This document shows positions 9,049 through 18,030 of a DNA stretch of 64,000 nt, piece by piece. The DNA lies in the NCBI GenBank assembly GCA_016867115.1, contig VGKG01000001.1, positions 173,403-237,402 of the forward strand, in the 5' to 3' direction. This DNA comes from Candidatus Omnitrophota bacterium. Lineage in GTDB: Bacteria > Omnitrophota > Gorgyraeia > Gygaellales > Profunditerraquicolaceae. The position numbers and the translations under genes were made by a program. The notes under the pieces were generated by a model. The model had not been told where the DNA came from. It made no database searches and saw only the letters and a list, made by a program, of their open reading frames with translations. Position 1 is the stretch's first letter, and every line of letters starts with the position of its first letter.

Positions 9049-11094
9049 TCAACCTATTTTAGCCTCTTTCAGGATCTCCTCAGCCGCCTGCAGCACATCC
9101 TGCACAGTAATCGCCTTTAAGCAGGCGAACTCTTTCTGGCAATTGTGCGCCAAGCACTCGATGCAGCCGGCCTGGCGGTGCAGGAATCTGTCTTTCAGGC
9201 CCAGCGGCCCCCAGCGTAAGGGGCTCAAGCCCTTTTGCGCCCGGCCGAAGATGGAGACTACCGGTACACCTATTGCCGAGGCGATGTGCACCGGCCCCGA
9301 ATCATTGGAGATAAAAATAGCCGAGCGCCTTAAGAAACTCGCCAGCTGCGACACAGAGGTCCTTCCGGCAAGATTCACCGCCGGAAAGCGCAGGCTATGC
9401 ATCAGCTTTTCTGCCAGGGCCGTATCCTTAGGCCCGGCCATCACCAGGATCTTAAAGCCGTGTTTTTGCGCCAGGGCATTGGCCACCTCGGCAAAACGCT
9501 CATTCGGCCAGACCTTCGAAGGGCAGCTGGCAGCCGGGTGAATGGCAAGTAAAATATCGTCGCTGTTTATGCCCTCTTTTTTCAGGGTGCCTTCGGCGTA
9601 ATCTTCGGACTCTTTTCTTACCGGCATAAAGAGCGCCTTATCTTTGGGTTCGATACCGAGATAGCGCAGCAGGTCCAGGTTGTACTCTGACTCATGCTTC
9701 TCCCCTAACTGCTTGGTATGTTTTATCCTGTCCGTAAGCAGGAACCCGAGCTTGCGGTCATAACCCACCCTCCGGGGGATCCCGGCAAAAAAAGTCAGAA
9801 GGTGTACGCGATTGGCCGGATGCAGGACGACCGCCAGGTCAAAGGCCTTTTCCTTTAAAACGCGGCTAAGCTTTATTGCTTGGCGCATGCCTTTATGCAT
9901 CCCGTCTTTGTCGTAGACGATCACCTCGTCAAGATAGGGGTTGCCCTCGACGATCTCCCTGGCGCAGGGTGAGACCATCATGGCAATATAGGCGTGCGGA
10001 TACTCATCGCGCAGATTACTGATCACCGGAGTGGAGAGAAGCACGTCTCCGATGCGGTCAGTGCGGATAATAAGGATCCTCTTTACCGGCGGATCAGGCG
10101 CGTTCTCTATTCTTGCGCGGCGCTCGGTCAGGGCCTGCCTTACCCGGCCCAGGACCTCTTCCACCTTCACCTTTTCCAGGCACTCCAGGGTCTGGTAACG
10201 GCATTGCGCCTGCATGCAAGGCCGGCAGGCGATGTCTTTTTTGACCACAAAGCCTATCCTCGACCAGGGCCCGTATTTAGCCTCATCCGTCGGGCCGAAG
10301 ACCGCCACTACCGGCGCATCCAGGTAACTGGCCAGATGTAGGACTGCGCTGTCGTTGGTCACTACGCAGGCAGCCGAACTCAATAAGGCGGCAAGCTCGG
10401 CTATGCTTGTTTTCGCGCATAAGTCCAGCACCGGATTCTTGGCCTGCCGGCGGATCGCGCTACATACAGGCACGTCCTCTTTATCCCCGGCCAAGACTAC
10501 CTTTACCCCACATTCGGCGCCGAGCCGCTCGATCAATTGCGTGAACTTCTCCGCGCTCCAGCGCTTGGTTGAACTCCTTGCGCCCGGGGAGACCACGACC
10601 AGCTTATCCTTCGGGCTGATGCCGCCGGCCTTAAGGGCCTGGCTGATGCCTTCCTGGTCCTTTGGCCTGATAGAGATAGAGCGCTGCGGAAGGCCCCGGG
10701 TTCTTAATCCAAGGCACTGGATCTTAAAGAGATGCCGGTGCTTCATATGCCTTAATGCCTGCGGCGGCCTTAAAAAAGGGGGTGTCCGCACCTTTGCCGG
10801 TAAAAATGCGCCGAAGAAGCTGTTACGCAGGTCAACCACCAGGTCAAACCCTTCCCTTTTTAATTCGTTGAATAATCTTATTTTTTCGCCCAGCCCGGCA
10901 TGCTTGTCATAGACGATCAGCCTGCTGATAAAAGGATTATCTTCAAAAAGCTCCTTCGGCCGCGGCCCGGACATCACCGTGACCTGAGCCTGCGGAAAAT
11001 CCGCCCGCAGGGCATCCAGGACCGGCAGGGTAAGGATCACGTCTCCGATATTGCTTAAGGTGATAAAGAGGATCTTCTTTATTTGCGCAGGCAT
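9049..11094 (-). CDS. Tandem fusion of two GT9 (ADP-heptose:LPS heptosyltransferase-like) glycosyltransferase domains.
   Basis: 681 aa. Two complete GT9 repeats (residues about 1-330 and 340-681), each starting ILxI(RT)xxxIGDVLLTxPV and each ending in a Cys-x2-Cys-x4-Cys-x5-Cys tail (CRPCMQAQCRYQTLEC and CIECLAHNCQKEFAC). Confidence 0.8.
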   Translation of the reverse strand: MPAQIKKILFITLSNIGDVILTLPVLDALRADFPQAQVTVMSGPRPKELFEDNPFISRLIVYDKHAGLGEKIRLFNELKREGFDLVVDLRNSFFGAFLPAKVRTPPFLRPPQALRHMKHRHLFKIQCLGLRTRGLPQRSISIRPKDQEGISQALKAGGISPKDKLVVVSPGARSSTKRWSAEKFTQLIERLGAECGVKVVLAGDKEDVPVCSAIRRQAKNPVLDLCAKTSIAELAALLSSAACVVTNDSAVLHLASYLDAPVVAVFGPTDEAKYGPWSRIGFVVKKDIACRPCMQAQCRYQTLECLEKVKVEEVLGRVRQALTERRARIENAPDPPVKRILIIRTDRIGDVLLSTPVISNLRDEYPHAYIAMMVSPCAREIVEGNPYLDEVIVYDKDGMHKGMRQAIKLSRVLKEKAFDLAVVLHPANRVHLLTFFAGIPRRVGYDRKLGFLLTDRIKHTKQLGEKHESEYNLDLLRYLGIEPKDKALFMPVRKESEDYAEGTLKKEGINSDDILLAIHPAASCPSKVWPNERFAEVANALAQKHGFKILVMAGPKDTALAEKLMHSLRFPAVNLAGRTSVSQLASFLRRSAIFISNDSGPVHIASAIGVPVVSIFGRAQKGLSPLRWGPLGLKDRFLHRQAGCIECLAHNCQKEFACLKAITVQDVLQAAEEILKEAKIG

Positions 11095-12101
11095 TTTACC
11101 TTTTCTATTACATCGCCGGGAGTGACCGCCTTCATGCAGCGGTTATCGTGGCAGTCCGCCACATAACAGGGGATCTTGCAGCCCACATCCTTCTGCAGTA
11201 TGACTACATTTTTCAAAGGGTAAGGCCCGGTGATCTCGGCAGAGGTCGGGCCGAAGATGGCGATAATATTCTTGGTGCCGGCGGCGTTGGCGATATGCAG
11301 CGGGCCGGTGTCTGCGGTGATAAAAAGGTCCAGCCTCTTACAGAGCGCCCCCAGCTGTTTCAGGTTAAGCGCGCCGCAGGCAATGATGGGTTTTTCCAGC
11401 ATCAGATGCCGGATGCTCTCCGCCAGCGACATGTCCTGGCTGCTGCCGGTGATGATGACCTTGGCGCCGAATTCCGCGATCAGCCTGTCCGCCACTTTTG
11501 CCCAATGCGGCTTTACCCAGCGTTTCGGCGGCCAGTTCCCCCCGGGATTAAGCGCGACTAAAAAGTCGGCCTCTTTGACTCCCTTCTCTTTAAGGAAACC
11601 GCCTATGAACTTCAGGTCTTCCCCGCCGACGAAGAACTCGGGATACCTGTCCTCCACCTTCACCCCCGCCTTCTCGATGACATTCAGGTAGTAATCGATG
11701 CGGTGCAGCGAGTGGATGTCCGGCGGCCTGATCTTTTTGGTCAGGAGAAACCCCCTTTTTTTGGTGCTGTAGCCGATACGCTCCGGAATATCGGCGAGGC
11801 GGCAGAGGAGCGCCCGGCTGAAAGAGCGGTGCAGGAGGAAGACGGTGTCAAACTGCCTGCTCCTTAAGAAACGGACGAACTTTAATTTTCCGAGGATCCC
11901 CCTGTGCCTGTCCTTTTCATCGAAGATGATCACCTCGTCCAGATGCGGATTGTCTTTCAGTATAGGATAACAGCGGCTGGGCACGATGCAGGCAAGGTAA
12001 CTGCCGGGATAATTCCTGCGGATATTCCTGATGACGGCGGTGGAAAAGACCACATCTCCCAGCCAGTTCACGTTAAAGATGAGTATGCGTTTGTCCTTCA
12101 T
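11079..12101 (-). CDS. GT9-family heptosyltransferase.
   Basis: 340 aa. N-terminal ILIFNVNWLGDVVFSTAV and a C-terminal Cys4 tail (CKIPCYVADCHDNRC), matching the neighbouring GT9 domains. Confidence 0.8.
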   Translation of the reverse strand: MKDKRILIFNVNWLGDVVFSTAVIRNIRRNYPGSYLACIVPSRCYPILKDNPHLDEVIIFDEKDRHRGILGKLKFVRFLRSRQFDTVFLLHRSFSRALLCRLADIPERIGYSTKKRGFLLTKKIRPPDIHSLHRIDYYLNVIEKAGVKVEDRYPEFFVGGEDLKFIGGFLKEKGVKEADFLVALNPGGNWPPKRWVKPHWAKVADRLIAEFGAKVIITGSSQDMSLAESIRHLMLEKPIIACGALNLKQLGALCKRLDLFITADTGPLHIANAAGTKNIIAIFGPTSAEITGPYPLKNVVILQKDVGCKIPCYVADCHDNRCMKAVTPGDVIEKVKCLRK

Positions 12102-12102
12102 G

Positions 12103-12894
12103 TTATTTGCGCCGGCGCTCCTTCATGAAAGTATAGAAGCCGCTTGTCTCCACCCAGAAGACAAAAAGATTTTTTGCGCTCTCCGAGATCCTGATCCTCT
12201 TTAAGGCATAGATATCGTCATTGGGATATTCCCTGCCGGGGCTAGTCGCCACTGCCGCCCCGTATCCGGCATCGCGCACCAGTTGCCGGATATGCGCATC
12301 GAACCTGCCTTCAGGATAGGCAAAGAACTCTACCGGAACGCCCAATTTTTCTTCCAGTGCCTTTTTGGCTCCGAAGATCTGGCGCCTCAGCTCCTCCCCG
12401 GAGCTGATCTTGGTCAGAGGCTCCGGCCCCATGGCGTGGCTGCCGATAGTGACGAGTCCAGAGGACTGCATCTGTTTCAGATCCTGCCAGTCTAACCTGT
12501 CGGCCTGCGGCCGCCCCACCTCGTCGACGATGATAAATACGGTCGCCTTCAGGCCGTATTTTTTAAGTACGGGAAAGGCACGGGTGAAGTTATCCCTGTA
12601 ACCGTCGTCAAAGGTGATGGCTACGGTCTTATCCGGGATCCTGCTTTTAGCCGCGATCAGAGCGGAGAGCTCTTCCAGCGTCACGACATTATAGCGTCTC
12701 TCTTTCAGGAAACGCATCTGCCTTTCGAAAGTGCCGGGAGAGACTACCAGGCGGTTTTCTCTCACCCCTCCCGAATCGACCGAATGGTACATCAGGATCG
12801 GCACCACATAGGCGCGGCGTGCGAAATTAAAAAAGACCGGCGCCCCCGAGGCAGCCAGGACAAAGATCAAAATTAAGCCTTTGCGCCTAAACAT
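12103..12894 (-). CDS. Polysaccharide deacetylase (NodB/CE4 family), secreted.
   Basis: 263 aa. Signal peptide followed by NodB motifs (ITFDDGY, HSVDSG...). Confidence 0.8.
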   Translation of the reverse strand: MFRRKGLILIFVLAASGAPVFFNFARRAYVVPILMYHSVDSGGVRENRLVVSPGTFERQMRFLKERRYNVVTLEELSALIAAKSRIPDKTVAITFDDGYRDNFTRAFPVLKKYGLKATVFIIVDEVGRPQADRLDWQDLKQMQSSGLVTIGSHAMGPEPLTKISSGEELRRQIFGAKKALEEKLGVPVEFFAYPEGRFDAHIRQLVRDAGYGAAVATSPGREYPNDDIYALKRIRISESAKNLFVFWVETSGFYTFMKERRRK

Positions 12895-13976
12895 TCCAAA
12901 TAGACCTTTTGCGTCTCTTCAGCCATCTTAGCACAGGAGAAACTCTTCACGATGAACTCCCTGGCCTCCGCGGCCAGCATCAAGCGCCTTCTTTCATCCT
13001 CTAAAAGCGACACTATTGCCAGGCCCAGGCTTTCGGCATCCTGCGGCGGGACAAGCAGGCCGTTAAGGCCGTCACGGATCAGCGTCTTTATCCCGCCGAT
13101 ATCCGAACCGACGACCGCAAGCCCCGAAGCCATCGCCTCCATAAGCGACAGCCCCAGGCCCTCTTCCAGCGAAGGCATACAGAAGATATCCATCAGCTGC
13201 AGCATCGGCCGCGTATCGCTTACCGCAGGGAGAAAATAAACAGAGTCCTCTATCCCCAGCTCTCTGGCGCGGCTGATGAGCCCCTCCTTCATCCTGCCTT
13301 CTCCGACGATGACCAGCTGCGCGGAAGGGACGCTCCTGAGTACCTGCCCCATGGCCTCGACAAGAAAGATGTGCCCCTTTACATCGGAGAGCCGGCCGAT
13401 GATGCCTATCACCGGGCCGCTGCCCAGGCCGAGGTTGATCTTTGCCTGGCGTTTGTCAAATGCGTTGTTGGGCCTAAAACGGTCTGCGTCTATGCCGTTA
13501 TGGATGACCCTGATATCATCCGCTTTAACCCTAAAGTCCCTGATGAGGTGCTCCTTCACCTGTTCGCTGATGGCGATCACCTTCTTGCCCCAGCAGGGAA
13601 AGAGCCGGCGATGGAGCCTGCGCTTAAAGAATCCGTGGCAGGTGTGGACATGGGTAACGCCGGCGTATCTCTTCAACAGGCAGCCCAGGACCTGCGTGGT
13701 GCGGCTGTTCGAATGCACGATATCGATCTTATTGTCCCTTACCGTACGCAATAGTTTAACCGCGCTGAAGATGACTTTGGGGCTGAGCTCTTTTTTGGTC
13801 CGGATGGGTATGGGGACGAAATCGATCCCCGCCTCGATAAACTTGAATAAGAGCTCTCCTCCCGAAGAGGCGATATAGACGCGGTTCCCTCTTTCCTTGA
13901 GCGCCTCACCGAGAGTCAGGCAGTAGCTGGTCACGCCCCCGATATTCAGGTGGTTGGTAAGGAACAAAATCTTCAT
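12873..13976 (-). CDS. GT4-family (group 1) glycosyltransferase.
   Basis: 367 aa. GT-B fold with the EEGLGLSLMEAMASGLAVV EX7E motif. Confidence 0.8.
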   Translation of the reverse strand: MKILFLTNHLNIGGVTSYCLTLGEALKERGNRVYIASSGGELLFKFIEAGIDFVPIPIRTKKELSPKVIFSAVKLLRTVRDNKIDIVHSNSRTTQVLGCLLKRYAGVTHVHTCHGFFKRRLHRRLFPCWGKKVIAISEQVKEHLIRDFRVKADDIRVIHNGIDADRFRPNNAFDKRQAKINLGLGSGPVIGIIGRLSDVKGHIFLVEAMGQVLRSVPSAQLVIVGEGRMKEGLISRARELGIEDSVYFLPAVSDTRPMLQLMDIFCMPSLEEGLGLSLMEAMASGLAVVGSDIGGIKTLIRDGLNGLLVPPQDAESLGLAIVSLLEDERRRLMLAAEAREFIVKSFSCAKMAEETQKVYLECLGAKA

Positions 13977-13978
13977 CT

Positions 13979-16075
13979 TTATAAAGCCAGGAGCTCTTCT
14001 ACTGCCCTAAGCACTTCATCCGCAGTGATCTGGCCCATACACTTTGCGTCGCGGCACCTGGGCTTATAACAGGGGCTGCAGATCAGGTCCTTTTTTATCA
14101 CCGTAAAATCCTTGACCGGAGGCAGGTGCCGACGGGGGTCAGTCGGGCCGAAGAGAGCGACAAAAGGAGTATCCATTGCCGCAGCCACATGCAGCGGCGA
14201 AGAGTCCGCCGAGACATAGACATTGCACCTTCTGATCAGGCAGGCCAGCTGATTAATCGTGGTCTTTGCGCAGGCGTTGATCAATTTTATGTCCTTTAAC
14301 TGCCTGGTAAGGTATTCGGCGCTTGTAACATCCTTTTGGGTCCCGGTAAGCACGATCCGTATGCCGCGGCGGCCCAGCTCTTCGCAGAGCCGGATGAGGT
14401 TTTCCCTCGGCCAGCATTTTGTCATCCACCTCGGGCTTGCGCTGATGTTTATCCCGACGATCTTCTGATTGCTGGCCAGCCACTCGCCGCTGAGCATTTC
14501 GTCGCTAAAACGGCACTCCTCCTCTGTCGGCCAGAGCTCAAGATGCGGGTTAGCCAATCCGATGCCCAGCATCTTCAGTATCCTGAACTGATGTTCGACC
14601 GGATCCATCAGGGGTTTTTCATCCGGGATGCGGTGATTGAGCAGAAATCCGAACTTTTTATTGTCGTAACCGTAGCGGCTCGGGGCGTATGCCAAAAAAG
14701 AAAGGATGTGGCTCTTACGGTTATTCTGCAGGTCGATGACTATGTCAAAATTCTTCTTCCTTAATGCCGTCCCGATCTTAAACAGGGCCTTTAAGCCCCT
14801 GTCCCTCTCCTTCAGGTCAGCCACCATCAGCTCGTCGATATAAGGGCACCTGAGGAGGACCTCCTTGGATTCTTCTCCCACCAGGAAAGTGATCTTGTAA
14901 CCGGATTTGTACTTTTCCCTCAACGCCCTGATCGCCGCCGTAGAAAGGATGATGTCTCCGAGGGAGCTGAGCTTTATCACCAGGAGCCTGAAACTTTCTG
15001 TCGCTTCTTTATAGACCTCCAGGGTGTTCTTTACCAGATGTTCTGCGGTATATTTTTCTTTTACTTTAATAAGGGCCTCCCGGGCTATTGTAGAGGCAAA
15101 ACCAGGATCATTGAATATCTTAAGTGCGGCCTCGGCTATCGAAGCAGGATCAGCCGCAGGCACAAGGAGGCCGGTCTTTCCGTCTTCGATAATATCGATC
15201 ACTCCTCCTACTGCCGTGCCTACCACCGGTACGCCGCTGGCCTGCGCTTCCACCACCGACCTGGGGAAGGCATCATGCGTAGTAGAAGCCAGCACCACCA
15301 GATCCAGGTGCCTCAATATCCCGGGGATATCCCGTTGGGTCCCCAAAAACTGCGTGCAGTGCGCAAGGCCAAGCCTCCTCACCAGGACCTGGAGCTCCTC
15401 TTTATAAGCCTCTTTAGAGGCCGGGACATCTCCGACGATCCAGACCTTCAGCTCCGGGATACTCCTGGCTACTTTAGCCATGGCCTTGATAAAATGGATA
15501 TGGCCTTTAAGGGGGGTGATCCTACCGACGATCCCCACATTGAACTCCCTCATCTTTCTCTTTTCCCCGGGGTCGCAATATTTAAACTTCTCGACATCGA
15601 CGCTGCGGGGCACAAGCTTTATGCGCTCTAAGGGCACTCCGAAGTCATCGATCATGTGCCTGGCGATCACGCGACTGGGGCAGATCACCAGCTTTCCCCA
15701 GCCCATCGGCAGGCTGAAAGGGTGCTTGCGGTAATAACCGTGGCAGGTAGTGACAAAGGGGGTGAGGGTCTTACGGCAAGCAAGATAGGCGATCCAGGCC
15801 GGCACGCGCGAACGCGCATGTACTATATCGATCTCTTCTTTCCTGATCACCTCAACTAATTTCGGCACCATCTTTAAGATGGCAAAGAGCGACTTTTTCT
15901 GCACCGGCAGCTGATAATGGATGACCCCTGCGCCCTCAAGCTCCTTAACCATATGCCCGCCGGCTGAGACTACCACTGCCTTATGCCCGAGCTTGACCAG
16001 GCGCCTGGCCAAGTCCACCGTGCCGGTCTCGACACCGCCGACATTCAATTCAGGTAAGATTTGCAGGATGTTCAT
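13979..16075 (-). CDS. Bifunctional glycosyltransferase: N-terminal GT4 domain fused to a C-terminal GT9 heptosyltransferase-like domain.
   Basis: 698 aa. Residues about 1-355 form a GT4 domain (GGVETG...VEAQASGVPVVGTAVGG). Residues about 360-698 form a GT9 domain (LLVIKLSSLGDIILSTAAI) ending in CSPCYKPRCRDAKC. Confidence 0.75.
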   Translation of the reverse strand: MNILQILPELNVGGVETGTVDLARRLVKLGHKAVVVSAGGHMVKELEGAGVIHYQLPVQKKSLFAILKMVPKLVEVIRKEEIDIVHARSRVPAWIAYLACRKTLTPFVTTCHGYYRKHPFSLPMGWGKLVICPSRVIARHMIDDFGVPLERIKLVPRSVDVEKFKYCDPGEKRKMREFNVGIVGRITPLKGHIHFIKAMAKVARSIPELKVWIVGDVPASKEAYKEELQVLVRRLGLAHCTQFLGTQRDIPGILRHLDLVVLASTTHDAFPRSVVEAQASGVPVVGTAVGGVIDIIEDGKTGLLVPAADPASIAEAALKIFNDPGFASTIAREALIKVKEKYTAEHLVKNTLEVYKEATESFRLLVIKLSSLGDIILSTAAIRALREKYKSGYKITFLVGEESKEVLLRCPYIDELMVADLKERDRGLKALFKIGTALRKKNFDIVIDLQNNRKSHILSFLAYAPSRYGYDNKKFGFLLNHRIPDEKPLMDPVEHQFRILKMLGIGLANPHLELWPTEEECRFSDEMLSGEWLASNQKIVGINISASPRWMTKCWPRENLIRLCEELGRRGIRIVLTGTQKDVTSAEYLTRQLKDIKLINACAKTTINQLACLIRRCNVYVSADSSPLHVAAAMDTPFVALFGPTDPRRHLPPVKDFTVIKKDLICSPCYKPRCRDAKCMGQITADEVLRAVEELLAL

Positions 16076-16077
16076 CT

Positions 16078-18030
16078 TTAGAAGATCCTCTTTACCGCTT
16101 CCTTGACCAATAAGCCGTCATCCGGGCTCTTCGCTTCCGGCCTGCTCTGCCAGATCCCCTCGATCTTGCCTCCTAAAGCGCTGCCCTCCGTCAAATAGAT
16201 GTAGTGGTTAGCTGCAAAATGGCCGAGGAAGCGGGTATGTTTTAAGCTTAACCCCTCTGCCCTGAAGACCAGGACATATTTACCGCTTGCCGCTGCCTCC
16301 GAGACCATGGAGATGCTCTCCGGCGAACAGACAACGAATGAGCTCAGGCCGATTATCCCGCCTGCCGCCCCGGGGATGTTCTTTTCGTTGGCGATCACCA
16401 GCAATCCGGTGCGAGGGTAACCTTTAAACTCCATCTTTACCAGAGCCTCTATTTCCGGCGAAGTGCGCCGGGAGGTAGTGACCAGGATGTCGGAACTGAT
16501 CCTTTCCGCGGCTGATTTTACCTGTCGGATGACTGCGGCCACTGTTTCTTTTTTCAGGATGAAACCCTTCGTATCTCCGCCGATCAACAGGCCGATGCTT
16601 ACGGCTTTCGGTTCATATCTCGCTGCCGATCTTAATTTTTGCGATTCTTCTTTCAGGTATTCCCCGTCCACCGGGTTTAGCGCGCCTTCGGTGACTATGA
16701 CATTCTTCCTCCGGGGCGGACGGTCGTGGCGCGGCATGATCACCAGGTCAAACCTCCTTGTGCTTAAGACCGAGGGCCGCATCAGAGCCACGGACCTTGC
16801 CTGAGATTGGGCGCTGAGCACGAAATTTACCGGCGCAAGAGCTGCGCCGCAGGAGATGACCAGGTCCGGATTCTTCGCAGCCAGGTTCTCGTAGCTTTCT
16901 TTTTCCAGAAAAGCCTTCAGGCACCAGAGGCAACCCTGACAGGCATACCTTCCGGCCAGGCAGCTGCTTAAAGCCATCGCAGACTTGGCAAAGCCGTTCT
17001 TAAAATCGACCTTCGCCGTTTCTATTTCGCAGCGTATGCCCATATCCCGCAGAGCGCTTTGAGAGAGCTTAGCGCAGCCTTCCGCCTGCCTCAGGTGCCC
17101 GGCCTTGCCGTCGCTGAGGATCAGGATGCGCTTATTCGCGGAATATTTCCAGACCTTATAAGTCCAGAGGTAATCCGCCGGGAATCTCCTGATATTCTTT
17201 TCAAAGACCGGCATGAGCCGCTTGAGATTCTGCCGGACATCCTCCTCCTGGTCAGCGCTCCTTTGCACTTCAAAGGGCTCTTCGATGATGGTCTTGATGT
17301 ACGGGCCCCGGATACGGGTATAATAAGCCGGCAGGATCACGGAATCGTATTTCAAGGCAAGCCTTATTGCGCCGGTAGCCATGGATGCCGGCCTGCCGAA
17401 GAAATCCACCAGTGTGCCGGTCTTTCCGCCCTGGTCAACGGTCATGCCCACCGCCTCGTTTTTCTTAAGCGCGGCAATGAGTTCGCGCGTCTGGTTCTGC
17501 CTCTGGATGAGGTTGCATCCCTTGAGGCTGCGGTAAGAGTTCAGCAGCCGTTCCAGCCGAGGGAACTTTTTCTGGTCGCGCACCAGCAGGTTAAAAGGAA
17601 AACCGAGGTTTGCGCAGATGACATTGGAGAGCTCCCAGCTGCCGGCATGCGCGCCGAGAAAAATCACCCCTCTTTTCTTCTTAAAGGCCTCTTCGATATA
17701 ATGGCGGCCCTCGACCGTAATGTACTTTTCAAAGTACTTTTTATCCACAAAGGGGATAAAAAATATTTCGATCAGGCTCTGCCCGAGATTCCGGTAGAAC
17801 TTGCGGATGAGCCTGCAAGCCTCCTGAGCCGACAGCCCCGTGCCGAAGGCGGTACGGATATTGGCATAAGCGACTGCCCTGTGCCTGGCATCGAGATAAT
17901 ACATCGCATCTCCGAGGCGCCGGCCCAGGAACAGGCTGAACTCAGGCGGAAAGAGGCGCACGCAAGACGCGACGGCCTTAAAGAGAATATACGCCAAGTA
18001 ATCGCTCATCGAACTTTTCTTCTTCCTCAA
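16078..18030 (-). CDS. Fusion of a lipid A late acyltransferase (LpxL/HtrB-family acyltransferase) with an ELM1-like (mitochondrial fission ELM1/DUF1022-family) domain.
   Basis: 650 aa. The N-terminal ~300 aa are LpxL-like with the HX4(D/E) motif (GAHAGSWE). The C-terminal ~350 aa resemble the bacterial ELM1/DUF1022 family. The start may be the internal Met at 18009. The gene overlaps lpxK by 53 nt. Confidence 0.65.
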   Translation of the reverse strand: MRKKKSSMSDYLAYILFKAVASCVRLFPPEFSLFLGRRLGDAMYYLDARHRAVAYANIRTAFGTGLSAQEACRLIRKFYRNLGQSLIEIFFIPFVDKKYFEKYITVEGRHYIEEAFKKKRGVIFLGAHAGSWELSNVICANLGFPFNLLVRDQKKFPRLERLLNSYRSLKGCNLIQRQNQTRELIAALKKNEAVGMTVDQGGKTGTLVDFFGRPASMATGAIRLALKYDSVILPAYYTRIRGPYIKTIIEEPFEVQRSADQEEDVRQNLKRLMPVFEKNIRRFPADYLWTYKVWKYSANKRILILSDGKAGHLRQAEGCAKLSQSALRDMGIRCEIETAKVDFKNGFAKSAMALSSCLAGRYACQGCLWCLKAFLEKESYENLAAKNPDLVISCGAALAPVNFVLSAQSQARSVALMRPSVLSTRRFDLVIMPRHDRPPRRKNVIVTEGALNPVDGEYLKEESQKLRSAARYEPKAVSIGLLIGGDTKGFILKKETVAAVIRQVKSAAERISSDILVTTSRRTSPEIEALVKMEFKGYPRTGLLVIANEKNIPGAAGGIIGLSSFVVCSPESISMVSEAAASGKYVLVFRAEGLSLKHTRFLGHFAANHYIYLTEGSALGGKIEGIWQSRPEAKSPDDGLLVKEAVKRIF

